The translations under genes were made by a program, and so were the position numbers. From an uncultured Bacillota bacterium (GTDB lineage Bacteria > Bacillota > Clostridia > Christensenellales > UBA1242): a DNA stretch of 64,000 bases. The stretch spans positions 4,786 through 68,785 of the forward strand of contig CALHLT010000015.1 of NCBI GenBank assembly GCA_938034555.1, read 5' to 3'. Shown here piece by piece: positions 18,680-28,022 of this stretch. How positions within the stretch are numbered: the first letter of the stretch is position 1; each line of letters starts with the position of its first letter. Under the pieces are notes generated by a model, which saw only the letters and a program-made list of their open reading frames with translations, did not search any database and was not told where the DNA came from.

Positions 18680-20137
18680 ATGAAAAAACAAAAAATTTAC
18701 GAAGCTATTTATGAAATTGAAAATGAAATTGAAAAAAGAAACAAATACTGCGCGCTTGAAAAATATAACGCGGGCGAGAAAAAACACCTTAAACAACTTG
18801 AATTTCACAAGTGTTTAAAGCGAAACAGGTGGGTTTTTGGAGGAAACAGAAGCGGAAAAACCGAGTGTGGGGCGGTTGAATGTGTTTGGCTTGCAAGAGG
18901 AATTCATCCTTTTCGTCCAAACAAAAAAGATGTTTCAATTTGGGTTGTTTCGCTTTCAAAACAAGTTCAGCGAGATGTTGCACAAAGCAAAATTTTCCAT
19001 TATTTAAAGCCAGATTGGATTGAAGAAATTGTTATGGAAACAGGGAGCAAAGATTTCCCACAAAACGGATTTGTTGACTATATTCTTGTTAAAAATATTT
19101 TTGGCGGAACAAGCAAAATTGGATTTAAAAGTTGCGACCAAGGACGCGAAAAATTCCAAGGAACTTCGCTTGACTTTGTTTGGTTCGACGAAGAGCCGCC
19201 AGAGGAAATATATCGGGAATGCAAAATGCGCGTTATTGATAAAAAAGGTGAAATTTTTGGAACGATGACGCCGCTTAAAGGATTAACTTGGGTTTATAAC
19301 GAAATTTATTTAAACGAAGGCGGCGACGACGAGGTTTGGTCAATTTCAATGAACTGGGACGATAACCCATATCTTGACGAAGACGAAATTAAAAGCCTTA
19401 AATCTTGTATGAGCGAAGAAGAACTTGAAAGCAGATGCTATGGAAAATTTAAGAGTTTTGGGGGACTTGTGTATCCAGAATTTGACCCTCAAATTCATGT
19501 TGTCGAGCCGTTTGATGTTCCAAAAGAATGGTTTGATAAAATTTCAATTGACCCCGGACTTAACAATCCGCTTTCGGCGCACTGGTATGCCGTTGACTTT
19601 GACGGAAATGTTTATGTTATTGCCGAACACTATGAAGCGGGGAAAGACATAATTTATCATTCAAATTCAATTAAGCGCATATGCGAAAATTTGGGCTGGA
19701 AAACTGGGTTTGGCGGAAAAATTGAAGCAATAATCGACAGCGCGGCAACGCAAACAACCCTTGCAAGCGAAAAAAGTGTTTGTGATTTATTTTTTGAAAA
19801 TGGAATTTTGGCAAATCCGCATGTTAACAAAGACCTTTTTTCGGGAATTAACAAGGTTAAATCCTATTTAAAAAATGCGGAAGGGAAAAGCAAACTTTTC
19901 ATTTTTAAGAACTGCGAAAACTTAATTCGTGAAATTAAGGGGTATTTTTGGGGCAATGGCGATAGGCCAACAAAGAAAGATGACCACTCGCTTGACGAAC
20001 TTCGCTATTACATTATGTCGCGTCCGGAAAGCCCAAAAGTTGAAAAGAAAAAGACGGAAGTTGAAAAAGACAAGGAAAGGCTTATTCGAAAACTTGATTT
20101 TTCAAGAAAAACCTTTGGAATTAAAAAGTTCAAATAA
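18680..20137 (+). CDS. terL: phage terminase large subunit (apparently intact)
   Basis: Walker A GGNRSGKT, Walker B LDFVWFDEEP, and nuclease acidic motifs ISIDPG, IIDSAA, DDHSLDELRYY. Start chosen at ATG 18680 after GAGGG; the ORF track starts at TTG 18659. Confidence 0.9.
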   Translation: MKKQKIYEAIYEIENEIEKRNKYCALEKYNAGEKKHLKQLEFHKCLKRNRWVFGGNRSGKTECGAVECVWLARGIHPFRPNKKDVSIWVVSLSKQVQRDVAQSKIFHYLKPDWIEEIVMETGSKDFPQNGFVDYILVKNIFGGTSKIGFKSCDQGREKFQGTSLDFVWFDEEPPEEIYRECKMRVIDKKGEIFGTMTPLKGLTWVYNEIYLNEGGDDEVWSISMNWDDNPYLDEDEIKSLKSCMSEEELESRCYGKFKSFGGLVYPEFDPQIHVVEPFDVPKEWFDKISIDPGLNNPLSAHWYAVDFDGNVYVIAEHYEAGKDIIYHSNSIKRICENLGWKTGFGGKIEAIIDSAATQTTLASEKSVCDLFFENGILANPHVNKDLFSGINKVKSYLKNAEGKSKLFIFKNCENLIREIKGYFWGNGDRPTKKDDHSLDELRYYIMSRPESPKVEKKKTEVEKDKERLIRKLDFSRKTFGIKKFK

Positions 20138-20180
20138 TGGGAATAATAGAAAAGTGCTCGACAGAAAAGAAAGAATTGTT

Positions 20181-20522
20181 ATGTCATATATTTTTGTTAA
20201 CTGCGAAAATGGCGAAAAGGCAAAAACCCGTCTTTTTTCGTCGCAGGAAATTGTTGATGTTTTGGCAAAAAGAAAATATGTTGTTTCAACAAGCGAACTT
20301 AACGAAATTATGATTTCGCTTTCAAAAGAGGGGCTTATTGATTTTGTTCAAAGTGAAAGCAAAAAAGGAAGTGTTTTTTGTGTTTCGCTTAAAGAAAAGG
20401 GGCTTCTTTTTAAAAAAGACACCCAAAAAGAACGATTGCACGCTTCGTGGATTATACTTCGAACTGCGCTTTTGGCGGTTTTAAGTTTTGTTGTTGGTCT
20501 TTTGCTTAGAGCAATTTTTTGA
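20181..20522 (+). CDS. small tail-anchored protein with winged-helix-like N-domain (113 aa)
   Basis: ATG 20181 lies after the terL stop. C-terminal TM helix ALLAVLSFVVGLLLRAIF. The N-terminal part of the listed ORF (19929-20180) overlaps terL and was discarded. Confidence 0.5.
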   Translation: MSYIFVNCENGEKAKTRLFSSQEIVDVLAKRKYVVSTSELNEIMISLSKEGLIDFVQSESKKGSVFCVSLKEKGLLFKKDTQKERLHASWIILRTALLAVLSFVVGLLLRAIF

Positions 20523-20565
20523 CAAATTTTGGGAAATTTGAATTTATGTGCATTAAAATTTCAAT

Positions 20566-20592
20566 AAAGGGACGGCTGTTCCCTTTTTTTTG
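20566..20592 (+). terminator. rho-independent terminator
   Basis: AAAGGGA-cggctgt-TCCCTTT followed by a T-run. Confidence 0.7.
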
Positions 20593-20645
20593 TTGATTTT
20601 TTTTGAAAATAGGGTTATAGTTATATTAACCAAAAGAGAGGGAAA

Positions 20646-21290
20646 ATGATTCTTGTTAAAAACCTAAGCCTTAAATTCACAAAAGAATTCTATGCGCTTT
20701 ATGATGTTAACCTTGAAATTAAGAAAGGAGAGGCAGTTGCGCTTCTTGGCGAAGAGCACAGCGGAAAAACAACGCTTCTTCGTGTTTTGTGTAAACTTGA
20801 AAAAGATTTCACGGGTGAGGTTTACATTAAAGACATTCCGCTTAAAAAGGTTGATTTTTCGCTTGATGTTAACATGGGATATATTCCTGCTGCGCCTGTT
20901 TTCTTCGAGAAAAAAACGGTTTATCAAAACCTTCAAGCGCTTTTGAAATCAAGGAAAATTAACAAGTCGCAAAGAGAAGAAAAGATTAACAAACTTTTAA
21001 TTGAATATAACCTTGAAAAGTTTAGAGATGAAAAAGTTAAAAATCTTACTCTTTTCGAGAAATATGTTCTTTCAATTGCTCGTCTTTCGCTTAGGGAAAT
21101 TGAGCTTGTTTTAATTGACAATATTTTTGAAAATCTTTCGCAAGAAGAGTATGAAAAAATTTGCGAATTAATTAAAAAACAATTCCTTCAAAACAAGGTT
21201 ACAACTGTTATTGCAACAACATCGCCTTCTGTTGCCAAGGACTTGACAAAACGAACAATTAAGTTTAAACTTGGCTCAATTACGGAATAG
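20646..21290 (+). CDS. ABC-type ATPase with degenerate signature and Walker B motifs
   Basis: Walker A GEEHSGKTTL. The signature position reads LTLFEK rather than LSGGQ. Walker B is LVLIDN, so the catalytic Glu is replaced by Asn. Confidence 0.8.
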   Translation: MILVKNLSLKFTKEFYALYDVNLEIKKGEAVALLGEEHSGKTTLLRVLCKLEKDFTGEVYIKDIPLKKVDFSLDVNMGYIPAAPVFFEKKTVYQNLQALLKSRKINKSQREEKINKLLIEYNLEKFRDEKVKNLTLFEKYVLSIARLSLREIELVLIDNIFENLSQEEYEKICELIKKQFLQNKVTTVIATTSPSVAKDLTKRTIKFKLGSITE

Positions 21291-21332
21291 CAAAAGAAAA
21301 CTTAAAGAACTTGAACTAAATTTGGGAGCAAT

Positions 21333-21683
21333 ATGAAAAACGAAAATGCTATTTTCACAATTCAATCGAACAGAGATCTTTTTTCAACAGAGCGTGTTGT
21401 TGGGAAAAAACTTAAAATTGTTGAATATAAAAGATTTTTTAAAAACAAGGAACTTATTAAAATTCTTGAAAATGAAGCTCTTTGCGAAACTGCAAAAGCA
21501 TTCCTTTGCGGAAACTTAAACCTTGCGCAAGCCTCAACAAATTCTTATATGCACAGAAACACCCTTATCTATCGAATTGAAAAAATTAACAGCACAATTG
21601 GGCTCGACCTTAAAAAATTTGAAGATTGCGTTCTTTTTGTTAACATGTTGGAAATTTATAAAATGGTGGTAAACAAAAAATGA
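21333..21683 (+). CDS. PucR/CdaR C-terminal-type HTH protein (116 aa)
   Basis: NLAQASTNSYMHRNTLIYRIEKINSTIGLDLKKFED matches the PucR_C HTH pattern. Confidence 0.65.
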   Translation: MKNENAIFTIQSNRDLFSTERVVGKKLKIVEYKRFFKNKELIKILENEALCETAKAFLCGNLNLAQASTNSYMHRNTLIYRIEKINSTIGLDLKKFEDCVLFVNMLEIYKMVVNKK

Positions 21684-22618
21684 TGTTTAAAAACTCATGC
21701 AAATTAGTTGCTGCAAACTTCTCAATTGTTTGGAAGTTAATTCTTTATTACATTCTTGTTACAGGAATCACAATTGGGTTGATTGCGCCTTTTTTTGGAA
21801 CAATTGGTGAGTTTTTTAATGCTAGCGGAACGCTTAGCGACATTGGGGTTCTTTTAACTAAATTTAATGTTTCGGTTAATCCTTTTGAATTAATTGTTGA
21901 CCTTAACACAGTTGTTACAAACTTTTTAAGTCTGTTTTTTGAGTTTTTTGCAACAAAAACATTGGTTGCGTTATACTTATGCTTTGTTGTTTTATATGTT
22001 TTCCCAGTTCTTCTTGGGCTTGCAGATTTTGCTGTTGGGCAAACTTTGTTTGGATATATGTCGAGTTTAACAAGATATTCTTTTGTTGGTTCGTATATGA
22101 AATATTTTGCAAGAAGCGCAAGATTCCAGCTTTTCAAAAATCTTGTTATGCTTCCTGTTAATCTCTTAATTATAACCTTAATTGTTTTAACGCTTCGTTT
22201 AAGCCTTGTTGGCGGGGTTATAATTTACTTTATGCCTCTTATTGTTGTTGCTGTTTTAATAACGCTTATGGCTCTTAAAAAGACATTTTTTGCAGGTTGG
22301 ATGCCAGCAATTGTTGTTTACGACTGCAACATGTTTAAAGGATTTGCAAAGGGACTTAAAGCAGTTATGAGAAGATTCTCAAAAATTTTCTCAAACGCGC
22401 TTGTTATAATGCTTCTTTGCGTTGGAATAATATATCTTTTTGGAACTTTCGCATCTCCAATTTTAATTCCATTCTTCTCTGTTTTCTTCTATGTTTTTGA
22501 AATGGTTATGTTCTTTGGAAGCCAAGGAATGAGATATTATGTTGACCTTGACACAATTCTTTCGCCAAAACGTTTGGAAGAAAGCGATTCATTTAGAAAA
22601 GTTAAACAAATTATTTAA
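21680..22618 (+). CDS. polytopic membrane protein (312 aa)
   Basis: At least 6 hydrophobic helices. ATGA overlap with the upstream HTH gene. Confidence 0.7.
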   Translation: MMFKNSCKLVAANFSIVWKLILYYILVTGITIGLIAPFFGTIGEFFNASGTLSDIGVLLTKFNVSVNPFELIVDLNTVVTNFLSLFFEFFATKTLVALYLCFVVLYVFPVLLGLADFAVGQTLFGYMSSLTRYSFVGSYMKYFARSARFQLFKNLVMLPVNLLIITLIVLTLRLSLVGGVIIYFMPLIVVAVLITLMALKKTFFAGWMPAIVVYDCNMFKGFAKGLKAVMRRFSKIFSNALVIMLLCVGIIYLFGTFASPILIPFFSVFFYVFEMVMFFGSQGMRYYVDLDTILSPKRLEESDSFRKVKQII

Positions 22619-22745
22619 CTTGTTTTTAACATTTAAAAGAATTTTTTGAAAAATTCAAAAGATAAATGCACTTATAATGCTGATTTGAGATTGAAAATAA
22701 AGCAATCTTTTTTGCTTTAAATATATATTTATAAAGGAAAAATTT

Positions 22746-24650
22746 ATGGACACAATTGAAAAAACACAAACAAATGAAACAAAAAATGAAGTTAAAACTT
22801 CAAAAAAACCGGTTGTTGCAAGGCAGCCAAAACAAATTCAAAAGAAAAAGGTTCAAGAAAAACCTTTCTCTGGCGAAAAACAAAAAAGACCTTTGAAAAA
22901 ACAAGGTCAAGAAGCAAAACAAAATGTTGCTTCGAAAAAAACCGTTAAGGAAGAAAGAGAGCCAACTTTAAATGTTGAAGTTGCTCCTAAAAAAAGTTCG
23001 AAAAAGCCAGTTAAAATAACTTTCCTTGGGGGAGTTGGCGAAATTGGAAAGAACATGACTGCAATTGAATATGACAATGAAATTATTGTTATCGACGGCG
23101 GGCTTTCTTTCCCAACAGGTGAATTCCCAGGAATTGACCTTGTTGTTCCAGACATTTCCTATCTTCTTGCAAACAAATCGAAAGTTAAAGGAATTCTTTT
23201 AACCCACGGCCATGAAGACCATATTGGCGGGCTTCCATACATCTTAAACGAACTTAAAGTTCCTGTTTATGGAACAGCAATGACTCTTGCGCTTTTGGAT
23301 AACAAAATGCAGGAACACAAAATTGAATATAAAGGCGTTTGCGTTAAGCCTAAAAACCTTTTAAAAATTGGAAATTTCCAAGTTGAATTCATTAAAGTTA
23401 GCCATTCAATTGCAGGTTCGCTTGCGCTTTCAATTTCAACTCCGTGCGGAAATATAATCCACACGGGCGATTTCAAAATTGATTTTGCGCCAATTGACGG
23501 AGTTATGACAGATTTAACTCGATTTGGCGAACTTGGGAAAAAAGGTGTTAACCTTCTTCTTTGCGAAAGCACAAACGTTTGCAGAAAAGGTTATTCAATG
23601 AGCGAGTCGAACGTCGGAAAAACACTTGAAACGCTTTTTGATAAGTTTAAAGGAAAACGACTTTTTGTTGCAACCTTTGCATCAAATGTTCACCGTCTTC
23701 AACAACTTCTTTGGCTTGCAGAAAAATTTAAGAGAAAGGTTGCTTTTGCAGGACGAAGCATGATTAATGTTACAGAGGCTGCATCAAAAATTGGCGAAAT
23801 TTCTTACGACAAAAACAACATAATTGAAATGGACAAAATCGACAAATATGCCGATGGCGAACTTTTAATTCTTTGCACGGGAAGTCAAGGCGAACCTCTT
23901 AGCGCGCTAACACGCATGGCTCATGGCGAATTTAACAAAGTTAAACTTGGCGAAGGCGATGTTGTTATTTTCTCTGCTTCTCCAATTCCAGGAAATGAAA
24001 AAGCAGTTTACAATGTTATTAACGAACTTTTCAAAAAAGGTGTTGATGTTATTTACGACGAACTTGCCGATGTTCACGCTTCGGGGCACGCTTGTCAAGA
24101 AGAACTTAAAACAATTCACGCGTTAACAAATCCTAAATTCTTCATTCCAATTCACGGAGAATATCGCCACCTTAAACAACATAAGGAACTTGCAATTGGA
24201 ATGGGAATGAACGCGCGCGATATAATTTTGCCAGAACTTGGAATGCAAGTTGAAATGGGCGAAAACTATATCAAACAAGCGGGTTATGTTACAGCGGGAA
24301 TTCGACTTGTTGACGGTTCTGGGCTTGGAGATATGGGAAGTTCAGTTTTGAAGGAAAGAAAACAACTTTCGGAAGAAGGTTTCTGTGTTGTTGTTCTTAA
24401 TATGAGTTCGCTTTCTGGCGGAGCAGGTTTTGAACCTTTCATAATAACAAGGGGAGTTGTTTATGATAAGGAAGCCGAGGCGTTCACTCAAGACGCTCGA
24501 ACAGTTATTGCTTCTGCTCTTCGCGAGCAAGATTTGCGTTCGTTCGACCCTAACGAAATTAAGGCGAACGTTAAAAAAGTTCTTTCGAATTTCATTTTCA
24601 AAAGAACTAAACGCCGTCCAATGATTTTAACAATCTTGCTTATGGCATAA
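22746..24650 (+). CDS. rnj: ribonuclease J with about 95-aa Lys-rich N-terminal extension
   Basis: Metallo-beta-lactamase motif HGHEDHIGG, beta-CASP layout, and HASGHACQEEL. Confidence 0.93.
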   Translation: MDTIEKTQTNETKNEVKTSKKPVVARQPKQIQKKKVQEKPFSGEKQKRPLKKQGQEAKQNVASKKTVKEEREPTLNVEVAPKKSSKKPVKITFLGGVGEIGKNMTAIEYDNEIIVIDGGLSFPTGEFPGIDLVVPDISYLLANKSKVKGILLTHGHEDHIGGLPYILNELKVPVYGTAMTLALLDNKMQEHKIEYKGVCVKPKNLLKIGNFQVEFIKVSHSIAGSLALSISTPCGNIIHTGDFKIDFAPIDGVMTDLTRFGELGKKGVNLLLCESTNVCRKGYSMSESNVGKTLETLFDKFKGKRLFVATFASNVHRLQQLLWLAEKFKRKVAFAGRSMINVTEAASKIGEISYDKNNIIEMDKIDKYADGELLILCTGSQGEPLSALTRMAHGEFNKVKLGEGDVVIFSASPIPGNEKAVYNVINELFKKGVDVIYDELADVHASGHACQEELKTIHALTNPKFFIPIHGEYRHLKQHKELAIGMGMNARDIILPELGMQVEMGENYIKQAGYVTAGIRLVDGSGLGDMGSSVLKERKQLSEEGFCVVVLNMSSLSGGAGFEPFIITRGVVYDKEAEAFTQDARTVIASALREQDLRSFDPNEIKANVKKVLSNFIFKRTKRRPMILTILLMA

Positions 24651-24651
24651 T

Positions 24652-24942
24652 TTAAGATTTATTTTGCGCTTTAAAGTCGTAGGCTCTTGACGTTGGGGTG
24701 TTAACTCCATAAAGTTCAACGAGAATTGCGTCTTCTCCAATTTTACAAATTTGAGAAAAAGGGATGAAAAGGTCGTTCCCACCTTTTAAAAATCCAAAAA
24801 TTGATTTGTTTCCAGGAACAACAATTCCGCTTATTTGACTTGTTGGAAGCGAAATAACAATGTCAACAATGTGCCCAAGGCGCGTTCCGTCAACAATGTT
24901 TATAACTTCTTTGCATCTTAAATCTAAAAACGAGGATTCCAA
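24652..24942 (-). CDS. YlmC/YmxH-family PRC-barrel (sporulation-associated) protein
   Basis: DLRCKEVINIVDGTRLGHIVD...ICKIGEDAILVE matches the family pattern. 96 aa. Confidence 0.8.
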   Translation of the reverse strand: MESSFLDLRCKEVINIVDGTRLGHIVDIVISLPTSQISGIVVPGNKSIFGFLKGGNDLFIPFSQICKIGEDAILVELYGVNTPTSRAYDFKAQNKS

Positions 24943-25026
24943 ACTTTGTTCCTTTTTAATATGTATATATGATTAAAATGCAAAAAATAACACTATTAAA
25001 CAATTTTCGACAAAGCATAAAAAAAT

Positions 25027-25050
25027 AAAAACCGCAACCTACGGTTTTTT
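25027..25050 (-). terminator. nrdR terminator (palindromic)
   Basis: AAAAACCG-caaccta-CGGTTTTT. Confidence 0.55.
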
Positions 25051-25058
25051 ATTTTTAA

Positions 25059-25502
25059 TTAAAGAGTTTGAAGGAAGTTAATTAAATTTGAAACATCTTC
25101 AAATTTGCGATAGACACAAGCAAAACGTATGTAGGCAATTTCGTCAAGTTCTTTAAGTTTTTTCATAACAAGTTCACCAATTTCGTTTGAACTTACTTCT
25201 TGATTAAGCGAATTTGTTAATGTTTTTTCAATGTCCATAACAACTTCGTCAATTTGACTCATGCTAACAGGGCGTTTTTCGCACGCTTTGATGATTCCTT
25301 TTTTAATTTTTTCAGGGTCGAAAGTTTGGCGGCTTCCGTCCGATTTAACAACCAAAATTGGAGTTGTTTCAACGGTTTCATATGTTGTGAATCTCTTTCC
25401 GCAATTTAAACATTCGCGACGGCGACGAATTGAATTTGATTCGTCGGTTGAGCGAGAATCGATAACCTTGCTGTCAAAATATCCACAATATATACATTTC
25501 AT
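25059..25502 (-). CDS. nrdR: transcriptional repressor NrdR
   Basis: MKCIYCGY...SRVIDSR zinc ribbon (CxxC...CxxC) plus an ATP-cone. Start trimmed to ATG 25502. Confidence 0.93.
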   Translation of the reverse strand: MKCIYCGYFDSKVIDSRSTDESNSIRRRRECLNCGKRFTTYETVETTPILVVKSDGSRQTFDPEKIKKGIIKACEKRPVSMSQIDEVVMDIEKTLTNSLNQEVSSNEIGELVMKKLKELDEIAYIRFACVYRKFEDVSNLINFLQTL

Positions 25503-25613
25503 GATGCACCTCTTTTCAATATCTAGGTATAATTTACCACAATGAATTCCAAAAAACAAGCATTTTCCAAAAGAAATTTCATTTTGACAAAAGTTTAAAC
25601 ATAGAATAAAACT

Positions 25614-25856
25614 ATGGAACTTATTTCGCTTTGTGAGTGCGATCGAAATCGAAAATATATCATCGAAAAAATTGAGTGCGAAAGCGTTGGCGTTGCAAGG
25701 CGGCTTAGCGAACTTGGGTTTTATAAAGGTGCAAAAATTCGCGTTTCTTGCTTTTCCGCGCTTAAAAAAACTGTCCTTCTTGAAATTGAGGGCTACACCG
25801 TTTCTCTTCGTTCAACAATTGCAAGTTGCGTTAAAGTTTTGGAGGCGGGGAAATGA
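25614..25856 (+). CDS. feoA: FeoA-family protein
   Basis: 80-aa SH3-like FeoA pattern (RRLSELGFYKGAKIRV), directly upstream of and overlapping feoB. Confidence 0.85.
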   Translation: MELISLCECDRNRKYIIEKIECESVGVARRLSELGFYKGAKIRVSCFSALKKTVLLEIEGYTVSLRSTIASCVKVLEAGK

Positions 25857-27940
25857 ACATAAGGAAAATTAACAATCCGCTTGCCGCTTGGCTTGCAAAA
25901 AAAGCGAGTGTTAAAACTCAAAATTTACAAGAAAAACTTTTGCTTGTTGGAAATCCAAACACGGGGAAAACAACTTTATTTAACTCGCTAACTCGCTCGA
26001 ACGAACATGTTGGAAACTGGCATGGAGTTACGGTTAGCGAGAAAGAAAAGAGATTTACTGCCAATGGGCAAAGTTATGTTCTTGTTGACCTTCCTGGGTT
26101 ATATTCTTTAACGCCGCTTAGTTATGAAGAGGAGGTTGCAAGCGAATACGTTTTCAAAAATTCAACATGTCAAATAATTAACATATGCGACATTAATAAT
26201 TTAAAACGCAATTTATTTTTAACTCTTCAACTTCAAGAGATTTCAAATGTTATTGTTTTTGTTAACACATTTAAAAATATTAATAAAAAAGATAAAAAAT
26301 TAAGCGAAAAAATTAATGAAACAAAAAATGCATTAAATAAATTAAAATTAAATTATTTTATTGGAAATGCTGAAAATAAAAAAGATATTATTTTATTTAA
26401 AAAGGAATTAATTAAATTAAAAAATACACAAAAAAATGTTAATTTGGAAAAATTTAAGCAAAAATATGAAAAAAATAATAATTTAAATTATGAAGAAGAA
26501 AATTCAAAAAAATTTAAATATATTAATTCTTTTTTTAATTCAAAAACAAACGAAGTTGCGTATGGCGCGTCAAAACTTGATAAAATTTTCTTAAACAAAT
26601 ATCTTGCACTTCCAATTTTTTTTGGAATTTTATTTCTTGTTTTCTATTTAACTTTTTTCTCGCTTGGGGCATGGCTTTCCGACCTTCTTCGAACTCTTGT
26701 TCAGGACATAATTGGCGGGCAAATTGTTTCCTCTCTTAAAAGTGTTTGCAGTGTTGCGTGGGTTGTTGACCTTGTTGAAACAGGAATTATTGGCGGCGTT
26801 GGAAGCATTCTTTCGTTTTTGCCGCAAGTTATTTTGCTTTTCTTTTTCCTTTCTTTAATTGAAGACAGTGGATATCTTGCTCGCGTTGCATTTTTGTTTG
26901 AAGACATTTTTGCAAAAGTTGGGCTAAGCGGAAAAAGTGTGTATTCGCTTCTTATGGGCTTTGGGTGTTCAACAACGGCGGCTCTTACGGCGAGAAATAT
27001 GGAGGATAAGAACGCAAAAATTAAAACAGCGCTTTTAACGCCGTATATGAGTTGCAGCGCCAAACTTCCAATTTACGCTGTTATTGGCGGAGCATTTTTT
27101 GGAGCAACGAACATTCTTGTTATTTTCGGGCTTTATATGCTTGGGGTTGTTGTTGCAATTCTTCTTAGTTTAATTTTGGAAAAGAAAGCGCTTAAAAGCA
27201 AAGAGCAGTCTTTTATTTTGGAGTTTCCGGCATATCGAATTCCGTCAGTTAAACGCGTTTTAAAAATCCTTTGGGAAAATGTTAAACTTTTCCTTGTTCG
27301 AATTGGAACAGTAATTTTTTCTCTTAACATTATTGTTTGGATTTTTCAAAGTTTTTCGTTTGGGTTCAAATTTGTTCCAACGCAAGGCGGAACAAGCATG
27401 CTTGAAGCAATTGGAGGGTTTTTAGCACCAATTTTTATTCCACTTGGATTTGGTAATTGGGGCGCAACTTCGGCGCTTATTGCGGGGCTTGCTGCAAAAG
27501 AAATTATTGTTAGTTCAATTGCAATGTTTAACGGTGTTAATGTTTCGGGCGACAGTTTGAATAATCAAACAATGCGTTCGATTATGGATCCTTCTGCTGC
27601 GGTTTGTTTCACTCCTGCAAGCGCACTTTCGTTCATGGTTTTTTGTCTTTTATATTCGCCATGTTTGGCAACGATTTCAGTTTTTAAGAAAGAAATTGGA
27701 AGAAAATGGACTTGGATTTCAATTGTAATCCAGTTTGCTGTTGCATATGTTCTTGCTTTAATTTCGTTTAATATATATCGCCTTATTGAAATTGTTGGGG
27801 CTCTTAATTCAATTTGGATTTTCCTTGCAGCGGTTGCAATTTCTTGTTCAATAGTTTTTGTTGTTAATCGAATTAAACAAAAAAAGTATTGCAGTTTTGG
27901 AAATAACTGCAAAAATTGCAATAAATGCAAAAAAAATTAA
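25853..27940 (+). CDS. feoB: ferrous iron transporter FeoB (with K/N-rich insertion and Cys-rich C-tail)
   Basis: G1 motif GNPNTGKTTLFN, DLPG, and polytopic permease domains. ATGA overlap with feoA. Confidence 0.92.
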   Translation: MNIRKINNPLAAWLAKKASVKTQNLQEKLLLVGNPNTGKTTLFNSLTRSNEHVGNWHGVTVSEKEKRFTANGQSYVLVDLPGLYSLTPLSYEEEVASEYVFKNSTCQIINICDINNLKRNLFLTLQLQEISNVIVFVNTFKNINKKDKKLSEKINETKNALNKLKLNYFIGNAENKKDIILFKKELIKLKNTQKNVNLEKFKQKYEKNNNLNYEEENSKKFKYINSFFNSKTNEVAYGASKLDKIFLNKYLALPIFFGILFLVFYLTFFSLGAWLSDLLRTLVQDIIGGQIVSSLKSVCSVAWVVDLVETGIIGGVGSILSFLPQVILLFFFLSLIEDSGYLARVAFLFEDIFAKVGLSGKSVYSLLMGFGCSTTAALTARNMEDKNAKIKTALLTPYMSCSAKLPIYAVIGGAFFGATNILVIFGLYMLGVVVAILLSLILEKKALKSKEQSFILEFPAYRIPSVKRVLKILWENVKLFLVRIGTVIFSLNIIVWIFQSFSFGFKFVPTQGGTSMLEAIGGFLAPIFIPLGFGNWGATSALIAGLAAKEIIVSSIAMFNGVNVSGDSLNNQTMRSIMDPSAAVCFTPASALSFMVFCLLYSPCLATISVFKKEIGRKWTWISIVIQFAVAYVLALISFNIYRLIEIVGALNSIWIFLAAVAISCSIVFVVNRIKQKKYCSFGNNCKNCNKCKKN

Positions 27941-27995
27941 AAATATTTATTTAATTAGAGTTTTAGGCAATAAAAAATTAAATTATATAATAAAA

Positions 27996-28019
27996 AATAA
28001 GGCAAAAACCTTATTTTTA
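27996..28019. terminator. bidirectional terminator between feoB and typA
   Basis: AATAAGG-caaaaa-CCTTATT flanked by A- and T-runs. Confidence 0.65.
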
Positions 28020-28022
28020 TTC

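Noticed and set aside
19929-20180. N-terminal 84 codons of ORF 19929..20522, overlapping the 3' end of terL.
   Set aside because: It is out of frame with and embedded in terL, and its basic low-complexity product looks spurious. The real gene most likely begins at ATG 20181.
25633-25872. 79-codon ORF overlapping feoA in another frame.
   Set aside because: feoA in its own frame has the recognisable FeoA fold pattern and couples to feoB. The alternative frame has no support.
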